This document shows positions 20,003 through 26,190 of a stretch of 32,000 nucleotides of DNA, piece after piece. Where the stretch lies: contig JBDSDX010000001.1 in assembly GCA_039920285.1 (NCBI GenBank), positions 420,001 to 452,000 of the forward strand, given 5' to 3'. Source of the stretch: Candidatus Saccharimonadota bacterium. Its GTDB lineage: Bacteria > Patescibacteriota > Saccharimonadia > Saccharimonadales > Saccharimonadaceae. Within the stretch, counting starts at the first letter, position 1; each line of letters starts with the position of its first letter. The notes beneath the pieces were generated by a model. It had not been told where the DNA came from and did no database searches. It saw only the letters and a list, made by a program, of their open reading frames with translations. The position numbers were made by a program, and so were the translations under genes.

Positions 20003-20194
20003 TCAGGCAGCCAGGAGGTAGCGATCGTAGAGCGCCTTGATCTCAAATGCCTTATCGGCTCCGAGGACTTCGGGCCAGATTGCCGTTGGATAGGTCTGAA
20101 GCGTGTTCAGGTAGTCCTGAGCAGCATCCAGCTCTTCCGGCAACCAGTTGTTGTTATTGGCGAGCTGAACCAGCTCGCCGGCGACGATGTCCAT
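20003..20194 (-). CDS. Small hypothetical protein (63 aa) in a GC-rich insert
   Basis: ATG preceded by GGAG at a 6-nt spacing. 46 of 63 codons end in G/C (hand count), versus 14 of the first 30 in the adjacent rpsP. No family recognised. Confidence 0.55.
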   Translation of the reverse strand: MDIVAGELVQLANNNNWLPEELDAAQDYLNTLQTYPTAIWPEVLGADKAFEIKALYDRYLLAA

Positions 20195-20343
20195 GTGGAC
20201 TCCTTCGGTATACGATCGTAGAAAATCTACGATAACTGATAGATTATACCACTTATGATTAAAAAAGTCAATGAAGAGGAAAGAAAAACATAAGCGTGCT
20301 ACAATAAAAATACGATATCAGTAGAACGACCATAAGGGGGAAT

Positions 20344-20784
20344 ATGTCGACCATTGACCAGCAATTCATAGAATATATCGTAAAATCAGTCGTTGGATAC
20401 CCTGACGACGTTGTCGTTGACCGTATTATTGATGAGAAAGGCGTATTGCTAACTCTGACCGTCAATCCAGAAGATCTTGGCCGAGTCATCGGTAAACGAG
20501 GCGTCACTGCTCAGAGCCTTCGAACGTTGCTCCGCGCACTGGGAACAAAGAACGATGCCCGTTATAATCTGAAAATCGTCAACAATGATGGTGGCCCAAC
20601 AACAACCATTTCATCAGATGATCGTATCAGCGAAAGTACCGAAGAATCAGCACCAGATGTCGTTGAAGAAGCGCCATTAGACGAGCCTGTGGATAATTCT
20701 ACGGATGAAGCTGTGGACAAGAGTTCTGACTATTCAAAAAAGACCCGCGCAGAGCTTGCGGAACTCGACGACCTTGATATATAA
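20344..20784 (+). CDS. KH-domain RNA-binding protein (YlqC/KhpA-like) with a long acidic C-terminal tail
   Basis: KH core LTVNPEDLGRVIGKRGVTAQSLRTLL (GxxG loop = GKRG). It sits in the conserved position after rpsP. About 65 extra acidic residues. Confidence 0.85.
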   Translation: MSTIDQQFIEYIVKSVVGYPDDVVVDRIIDEKGVLLTLTVNPEDLGRVIGKRGVTAQSLRTLLRALGTKNDARYNLKIVNNDGGPTTTISSDDRISESTEESAPDVVEEAPLDEPVDNSTDEAVDKSSDYSKKTRAELAELDDLDI

Positions 20785-20875
20785 TACTGCTTAAGTTCAT
20801 AACACTCTTGAACTGCGAGAACAGCTCATGCGAGCAACAAAATACACCATTGTTGAGAGCTTATGTGTACAAAAG

Positions 20876-20904
20876 ACCGCCTTTAGAGGCGGTTGTTTGT
20901 TTTC
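20876..20904 (+). terminator. Intrinsic terminator after the KH gene
   Basis: ACCGCCT-ttag-AGGCGGT followed by TGTTTGTTTT. Confidence 0.6.
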
Positions 20905-21021
20905 AGACAGCCTGCTCATGTATCGAACATTCGATACGTAAGTTAGCTGCCTGGGGGTTCTTTCGACCCTCAGGAGCTAACGGGAGTGGGCGCAACCGTT
21001 TTGCTTCTTTGGGGAGAACCC

Positions 21022-21441
21022 TCAGACATGAGCCTTTAGGAGCGGCCTTGACCCACCGGAAGTGTCCGTGAGGAGCTGGCGATCCAGCTCCATAGCACCG
21101 CGGTGGATGTCGGGAGTGAAATTTGCACGCCACTCCTTGGACATCTTGTGGGCTACTTCACTGGACACGACACAGTAGTCGAGACTCCAGTTGTCGTCAG
21201 CGTCCGGCTTGAGGCCGAACTTGATGAGATCGATCTCATCGCGGGCGCTGCCAACGGTACGTTCACCAAAGACCGTAGTCTCAGTAATGCTCGTTACCGT
21301 CAGGCTGTAGAAGCTGCAGAACGCAATGTTCTCATCGAGCACCTGGGTGGTGCCGATGGTGTTGTACTTCACAGTGGTGATCGTGTCACCAATGTGCAGG
21401 TCGTCGACCGTGAGGGCCGACGGATTGAGTGGCGATGTCAA
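21022..21441 (-). CDS. Hypothetical protein (139 aa) in a GC-rich insert occupying the usual rimM position
   Basis: TTG start with AGGAG 6 nt upstream. The codon list is dominated by G/C-ending codons. The plus-strand ORF 21103-21465 is its shadow. No family recognised. Confidence 0.6.
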   Translation of the reverse strand: MTSPLNPSALTVDDLHIGDTITTVKYNTIGTTQVLDENIAFCSFYSLTVTSITETTVFGERTVGSARDEIDLIKFGLKPDADDNWSLDYCVVSSEVAHKMSKEWRANFTPDIHRGAMELDRQLLTDTSGGSRPLLKAHV

Positions 21442-21508
21442 TGTTGCTCCTTGATAGGCTATTGATTGACCAAAACTCTCGTAAGGTCAATTCTTATATT
21501 ATCACATA

Positions 21509-21537
21509 TTTACATAATCGTCAATCTGCCGTACACT
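21509..21537 (+). promoter_or_regulatory. TTTACA-17 nt-TACACT promoter ending 7 nt before the trmD ATG (leaderless)
   Basis: Counted directly. There is no SD before ATG 21545. Confidence 0.5.
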
Positions 21538-21544
21538 AATACAG

Positions 21545-22198
21545 ATGAAAAAGTTCCAAGTTATTACTCTGTTTCCAGAGATGTTCGACGGCGTATTGAA
21601 TAGCTCAATGCTCTGGAAAGCGCAAAAAGAAAAACTCGTCGAATTCTCGATGGTTAATTTGCGTGATTTTGGAATTGGTCCACGTCAACAAGTTGACGAC
21701 ACCCCGTATGGTGGGGGTGATGGTATGCTCTTGAAGCCCGAACCATTGTTTGCGGCCGTTGAAAAAGCCAAAGCAATCGACCCAACGGCAAAAGTACTCC
21801 TCATGACGCCACGTGGACAGCGCTGGAAGCAGTCTCTTGCTCAAGAGTGGGCTGATGCAGATCAGGGCTATATCTTCATCTGCGGGCGCTACGAAGGCTA
21901 TGACGAACGTATTGTGAGTCTTGTCGACGAACAAGTAAGTGTTGGTGACTATGTTCTCACGGGCGGTGAGTTGCCTGCGATGACTATTATGGATAGTATT
22001 GTTCGTTTAATCCCTGGTGTGCTTGGTGGGGAGAAGAGCGCTGAGATCGAAAGCTTTTCGGACGGTGAAACACTTGAATTCCCCCAATATACGAAACCTT
22101 CTGAATTCAGTGGTATGAAAGTCCCGGACGTACTCCTGAGCGGTAACCATGCAGCAATCGCCGCGTGGCGCCACGAAAATTCTTTAAAAGCTGAATAA
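21545..22198 (+). CDS. trmD: tRNA (guanine37-N1)-methyltransferase
   Basis: VITLFPEMF...[17 protein letters not shown]...[12 protein letters not shown]...[15 protein letters not shown]...[10 protein letters not shown] are canonical TrmD blocks. Confidence 0.95.
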   Translation: MKKFQVITLFPEMFDGVLNSSMLWKAQKEKLVEFSMVNLRDFGIGPRQQVDDTPYGGGDGMLLKPEPLFAAVEKAKAIDPTAKVLLMTPRGQRWKQSLAQEWADADQGYIFICGRYEGYDERIVSLVDEQVSVGDYVLTGGELPAMTIMDSIVRLIPGVLGGEKSAEIESFSDGETLEFPQYTKPSEFSGMKVPDVLLSGNHAAIAAWRHENSLKAE

Positions 22199-22379
22199 AC
22201 AAACCCAAAGAAATACCCGCCAAGTTGGCGGGCACCCTCGTTGTGGTGGATATCGTAGAGCGAGACAGTCACAACATATGTTTTTGTTGGAGTTATGTTT
22301 ATTTTTGTAACTTTCGCTTGTTAGTACTGTAAAGGAGCACTCTCGAAAGCGCAAGCATAATGACAAAAATAACAACGAT

Positions 22380-22408
22380 TTGCGTACTAGAATGACGGGG
22401 TCTATACT
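22380..22408 (+). promoter_or_regulatory. TTGCGT-17 nt-TATACT promoter ending 6 nt before ATG 22415 (leaderless)
   Basis: Hexamers, the 17-nt spacer and the 6-nt distance to the ATG were counted directly. Confidence 0.55.
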
Positions 22409-22414
22409 GCAAGC

Positions 22415-22900
22415 ATGAGCTTATTACCGAAACCAACCCCTGCACCAACACCGAAAACCAAAGACGTCGCAACGATTGCAACTCTCTACGCTATCATTTT
22501 GATTATCTTGTCTGTTACCCAACTCTTTACCTATGAAGATTTCTTGCAACTCGTGGTCAGCTTTAACCTTCCAGGTGGAGAACAATTTAGCTACTTTCTG
22601 ACATCACTCCTTGTGGTAGCAGAAGTGTTCGCGTTACCATTCCTGCTTCGTTTGTCGCTTAGTAAGGCATTTCGATGGTTTAGTCTCGGGTGTATGTGGC
22701 TCGTGCCTGTTATTTGGTTGTTTATTACGTTGTGGCTGGCAGGTAAGGACCTCGATTTCGCCAATATTGGCTTTCTGGGTACTCTCGTAAACATCATGCC
22801 GGGCTGGTGGGCTATCTTTATTAGCCTATCGTTTATCATCCTCGCCGCTTGGTCAACGTGGGGTATGTGGCCACTAGGGAAGCCAGTTAAGAAAAAATAG
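22415..22900 (+). CDS. Hypothetical 4-TM membrane protein (DoxX/MauE-like topology)
   Basis: 161-aa ORF with four hydrophobic helices. The family call is tentative. Confidence 0.55.
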   Translation: MSLLPKPTPAPTPKTKDVATIATLYAIILIILSVTQLFTYEDFLQLVVSFNLPGGEQFSYFLTSLLVVAEVFALPFLLRLSLSKAFRWFSLGCMWLVPVIWLFITLWLAGKDLDFANIGFLGTLVNIMPGWWAIFISLSFIILAAWSTWGMWPLGKPVKKK

Positions 22901-22956
22901 TTGTCGAAACGCTCTCAGCGAAGTATCATAAAGCTATATAACGAAGGAGTTACAGC

Positions 22957-23496
22957 ATGGAGTTTATTAACAAGATCGAAGCAACGGTTGGTGGTTGGGC
23001 GAAAAACGTTCCACATTTGCCGCCTGCAGCGCAAAAATGGATCGCCACTAATGTTTGGTGGATTGCGCTCGTCGGTGCAATTCTTACCGGAGTTGCTATG
23101 CTATTTTCACTATTTGGCCTTCTCCTTGGTGGAATTGGTGCCTCATACATCTACGTCATTAACCCTTACTACACAACAGTTATCCTGATTTCAGGTATTG
23201 TTGACCTCGCATTCTTGGTTGTCCGCGCTATCCTTCTGGGAACTGCGGTGAAACCACTACAGAACAAAAAGCAAAAGGGTTGGGATCTCCTCTTCTTTGC
23301 ACTATTAGTGCAAGCAGTTGCCATTGTCATCAGCGCAGTCTTCAACCTCGTCGCTGTGAACATCTTAGGATTCATGCTCAGCATCATCTTCGGTGCGGTT
23401 GGTGTCGCTGTGACTGCATACTTCTTGTTCGAAATTCACGGACAATTCGCTCACGTCAAAACTGTTAAAGCTAAAGCAACAGCCAAAAAAGCCTAA
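22957..23496 (+). CDS. Hypothetical polytopic membrane protein
   Basis: GAAGGAG SD 7 nt upstream. 179 aa, 4-5 TM helices and a Lys-rich C-terminus. Confidence 0.6.
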   Translation: MEFINKIEATVGGWAKNVPHLPPAAQKWIATNVWWIALVGAILTGVAMLFSLFGLLLGGIGASYIYVINPYYTTVILISGIVDLAFLVVRAILLGTAVKPLQNKKQKGWDLLFFALLVQAVAIVISAVFNLVAVNILGFMLSIIFGAVGVAVTAYFLFEIHGQFAHVKTVKAKATAKKA

Positions 23497-23515
23497 GTAC
23501 TTTTACGTCTTACTC

Positions 23516-23544
23516 TTGAGAGATCACCTCAGTTAGTGTACAAT
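23516..23544 (+). promoter_or_regulatory. TTGAGA-17 nt-TACAAT promoter for tRNA-Gln
   Basis: Counted directly. It ends 14 nt before the mature tRNA 5' end. Confidence 0.5.
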
Positions 23545-23558
23545 TTGTTGGTGCGCGA

Positions 23559-23633
23559 TGGGATGTCGCCAAGTGGTAAGGCACCAGTTTTTGGTACTGG
23601 CATTCGGGGGTTCGAATCCCTCCATCCCAGCCA
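23559..23633 (+). tRNA. tRNA-Gln (UUG), CCA encoded
   Basis: Acceptor TGGGATG/CATCCCA, anticodon stem CCAGT/ACTGG, loop TTTTGGT, T arm GGGGG-TTCGAAT-CCCTC. Confidence 0.9.
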
Positions 23634-23641
23634 TAGAGAAT

Positions 23642-23664
23642 GACCGTCGAAAGACGGTCTTTTT
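23642..23664 (+). terminator. Intrinsic terminator after tRNA-Gln
   Basis: GACCGTC-gaaa-GACGGTC followed by TTTTT. Confidence 0.75.
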
Positions 23665-23797
23665 CTATGGCTCGAGTTGTGGCTCGAACCCCCGAATACT
23701 TTTGGAACAAAAGTTCGGGAGGTTCGGTGATCGAAGTGAAATAAAAACGTGTTTACATGTTTTTATGAACGAGCGAGAGAGCAAGCTTGCTTGCGAC

Positions 23798-23815
23798 ATC
23801 CCTCCATCCCAGCCA
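23798..23815 (+). repeat. 18-nt perfect direct repeat of the tRNA-Gln 3' end (copy 1 at 23616-23633)
   Basis: ATCCCTCCATCCCAGCCA occurs at both positions. Homology starts inside the T loop, as at tRNA-targeted att sites. Confidence 0.8.
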
Positions 23816-23825
23816 AGCTTATTAA

Positions 23826-23852
23826 ATGAGACCCAACCAGGGTCTCATTTTT
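23826..23852 (+). terminator. Second intrinsic terminator, directly after the duplicated tRNA 3' end
   Basis: ATGAGACCC-aacca-GGGTCTCAT followed by TTTT. Confidence 0.7.
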
Positions 23853-23943
23853 ATTGATAAAAAATGTAACAGGATAACTCGGTTACTTGAAATATGACGG
23901 CTTTGTTGTTATATATAAAGATCGTCAGAGATGGAGGTTCAAT

Positions 23944-24099
23944 ATGACGACGTCAAGAAGTGACGAACCGACTATTGGAGCGTTTATTCGCTCCGAGGTA
24001 CCCGATAAAGGAGACAAAGCCCTCGTTCAATATGACGGTGATGTCTACGAGGTTGAGAATATGGGTGTATTTCCGCCCATCACTCAACCCACCGATTAA
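23944..24099 (+). CDS. Small hypothetical protein (51 aa)
   Basis: ATG with GGAGG 7 nt upstream; the ORF-track TTG at 23887 is less likely. An 11-bp hairpin CCCCTACAGAG/CTCTGTAGGGG lies downstream (24116-24154). No family. Confidence 0.4.
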   Translation: MTTSRSDEPTIGAFIRSEVPDKGDKALVQYDGDVYEVENMGVFPPITQPTD

Positions 24100-24264
24100 C
24101 CCTTCTCACGACGAACCCCTACAGAGTGTTGAGCAATGCTCTTCTCTGTAGGGGTGCTGATTCTTTCATAGCTCGTAATGGCAATGAGCCGCTCAGTCTC
24201 CTTAAAATAATATTGACAAAATTTGAAACGATATTATGCATGTATGTATTATATTTAATATTTA

Positions 24265-24273
24265 TGTTATAAT
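24265..24273 (+). promoter_or_regulatory. Extended -10 (TGtTATAAT) 8 nt before ATG 24282 in a very AT-rich spacer
   Basis: Read directly. No SD, so the transcript is probably leaderless or nearly so. Confidence 0.45.
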
Positions 24274-24281
24274 ATATTTAA

Positions 24282-24662
24282 ATGGAATTCCCTGAAGAGA
24301 AGTTTAAACTAGCAAAGGATCGCTACGCTAAAACGCGGGGTGGTTCTTCAAAGTTTCTTTACATTGCTTGCGCTGAATGTGATGAACCGGCAATGATATA
24401 TCAAAAAGATGGACCAGGCCGCCTCCTTCGTTATTATGCCGACCGCATCGTATGGCCACCTGAATTAGTGAAAGCTCAAATTGAAGTATCTGTTGATTCT
24501 ATAAAAAAATTTGGCGGATTGGCATGTCATAACTGTCAGAATTCTCTCGGTACTCCTATGGTATATGAGTCTGAGAGTCGACCCGCGTACCGAGCAGTAC
24601 CGGGTTCAGTTCATGCCTACCGTAGCCCGGCGCAAGCGCTTGCTCGATCAGAATTAGAATAA
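24282..24662 (+). CDS. Hypothetical zinc-ribbon protein (CxxC...CxxC)
   Basis: 126 aa, with CAEC at residues 30-33 and CHNC at 82-85. No family recognised. Confidence 0.55.
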   Translation: MEFPEEKFKLAKDRYAKTRGGSSKFLYIACAECDEPAMIYQKDGPGRLLRYYADRIVWPPELVKAQIEVSVDSIKKFGGLACHNCQNSLGTPMVYESESRPAYRAVPGSVHAYRSPAQALARSELE

Positions 24663-24666
24663 GTAT

Positions 24667-25305
24667 TTATTTCGTAACGCTGTAGAATGTATTGACGACA
24701 TCTCGAGCAGCTTCAACTGCAGCACCGTCTCTGTTGACAATGCTAATATCAATCGCTGGATGAATAAACTTTTTGATTGCTAACGAAGCGAGTTCGTCGA
24801 GACCTGCTTCAAGACGACCATTAGTATTTCGACCACTTTCGTTCATTCGTTGTGTCCATGCAAGGATAGATTCAGGGTATACGTAAAAGTTTAATGTGTC
24901 ATATTCTGGTCGAGATAATTTATCGATAGTGGCAAGTGGGTAGTCCAGGATTGGCGTATCTCCCTTTGCAAGAGGTTCGAGGATGCCGTGGAGCGGAGTT
25001 CCATACCGAACACCATAAAGATTATTGACGACAACAAATGCGTCGTCAGACTGCATTGCATCAAATTCACCATCTGACACTGAGATCTTATCTGTTTCTT
25101 CAGGTCGATTTGCACGCGTCATAATTGGCTTTACATATTCGAGTTTTGTATCCATAAGTGGCTGCATCTCGTGAATAAGCGTTGATTTGCCCGTTGAAGA
25201 AGGACCTAATAGGAGAATGAATGTTCGTGCTTTTGCAAGTGCACGTTCACGAGTGTCGGAAATCTCTTTCAGACGTTGTTCTGAAGAAAATGAAAATTCA
25301 GTCAT
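24667..25305 (-). CDS. Guanylate kinase / PhnN-like P-loop kinase, divergent
   Basis: Walker A LLGPSSTGKST. MTRANRPEE...SDGEF...NLYGVRYGT parallels the Gmk (SxTTRxxRxGE...YGT) and PhnN (ITRDAS...SEQEF...NGLYYGV) blocks. The ATG overlaps the upstream stop (TAATG). Confidence 0.7.
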   Translation of the reverse strand: MTEFSFSSEQRLKEISDTRERALAKARTFILLLGPSSTGKSTLIHEMQPLMDTKLEYVKPIMTRANRPEETDKISVSDGEFDAMQSDDAFVVVNNLYGVRYGTPLHGILEPLAKGDTPILDYPLATIDKLSRPEYDTLNFYVYPESILAWTQRMNESGRNTNGRLEAGLDELASLAIKKFIHPAIDISIVNRDGAAVEAARDVVNTFYSVTK

Positions 25306-26189
25306 TAGAATTGCTTTGCTCGGTTAATACTATCTCGTAGATTTATGATTGATCGACGTGATGCCATTGCTAGGTCTTCACCTTCGAGTCGTTCGGGGTA
25401 TAGGATGGCTCGTGATGCACTAATCATGAGGCCGTAGCCGTTTGAATCGAGTGTCTGTGGCACGCTATCTTCGAGGCTTCCGCCTTGAGTCCCTACACCA
25501 GCAAGAAGTATCGGTGTTTCACCGATAATATCTCGAACACCATCTAGGTTGTCTTTATGCGTCGCACTTAGGACTGGAATGATGTTTCCATTCTCATTCC
25601 ATTTATCCATACTCTCTTGGAGGATGTAACGCCAAAGGGGATTACCGCCACTAAGCTGAAGATTTTGGATTTCGGCTGATGAAGGATTGGACGTATTGAC
25701 ACAAAGAATAACGACTTTATCCTGCCATCGAGTAAAAGGCTCAATAGCGTCGAAGCCCATGTAGGGATTGAGTAAGACAGCATCTGCATCAAGATTACCA
25801 AAAATTTCATCGGCAATTTTATCTGCTGTATGACCGACATCACCAAATTTACCGTCACAAACACGGAGGACATCGGGATGTTCAGCTTTTAAGTGAGCAA
25901 AAGTGTTCGCAAGTGCTTTTCGCCCTGCTTCGCCTTGAAAAAAGTTAGAATTCACTTTGAAGTCGACTGCATAGTCTGCTGTAGCATCGATTATTTTTTG
26001 ATTAAAGAGAGTTATGCCGTCAGCCATATTTTCTCGTCCACCAACTTCTTCCCAGATTTCGTCTGGAATTTTGTTAGTGTCGGGATCAATACCAACTCCA
26101 GCCATTGAATCGATAGAGATCCAACGACGGTGGATTTTATTGATTCCAGGAGCGGCGTCTGGGTATGGATTTTCTGCTGAGATAGTCAT
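25305..26189 (-). CDS. Orotidine-5'-phosphate decarboxylase family protein, type 2-like
   Basis: Collinear by eye with actinobacterial PyrF. Matching blocks are VGIDPD, FKVNSNFF (Lys), CDGKFGDVGHT (DxKxxD), DAVLLNPYMGFDAIEPF, NTSNPS and AGVGTQGG. Start moved to ATG 26189 (GGAG 6 nt upstream, 1 nt after the upstream stop) instead of 26261. Confidence 0.75.
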   Translation of the reverse strand: MTISAENPYPDAAPGINKIHRRWISIDSMAGVGIDPDTNKIPDEIWEEVGGRENMADGITLFNQKIIDATADYAVDFKVNSNFFQGEAGRKALANTFAHLKAEHPDVLRVCDGKFGDVGHTADKIADEIFGNLDADAVLLNPYMGFDAIEPFTRWQDKVVILCVNTSNPSSAEIQNLQLSGGNPLWRYILQESMDKWNENGNIIPVLSATHKDNLDGVRDIIGETPILLAGVGTQGGSLEDSVPQTLDSNGYGLMISASRAILYPERLEGEDLAMASRRSIINLRDSINRAKQF

Positions 26190-26190
26190 A

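Noticed and set aside
20024-20036. An 11-nt match ATCGTAGAGCG shared between 20026 and 22254.
   Set aside because: Dozens of 11-mer coincidences are expected by chance in 32 kb, and there is no flanking similarity.
20905-21021. Possible structured ncRNA in the GC-rich stretch downstream of the KH terminator.
   Set aside because: It lies in the 3' region of the minus-strand 139-aa gene, and its hairpin (20950-20974) is adequately explained as that gene's terminator. No known RNA-family motif was seen.
23665-23720. Possible minus-strand tRNA or pseudo-tRNA (TGGCTCGAACCCCCGAAT).
   Set aside because: The T-stem partners do not pair (GTGGC vs CCCGA) and no cloverleaf can be drawn. It is treated as an inverted fragment of the tRNA-Gln T arm within the att-like scar.
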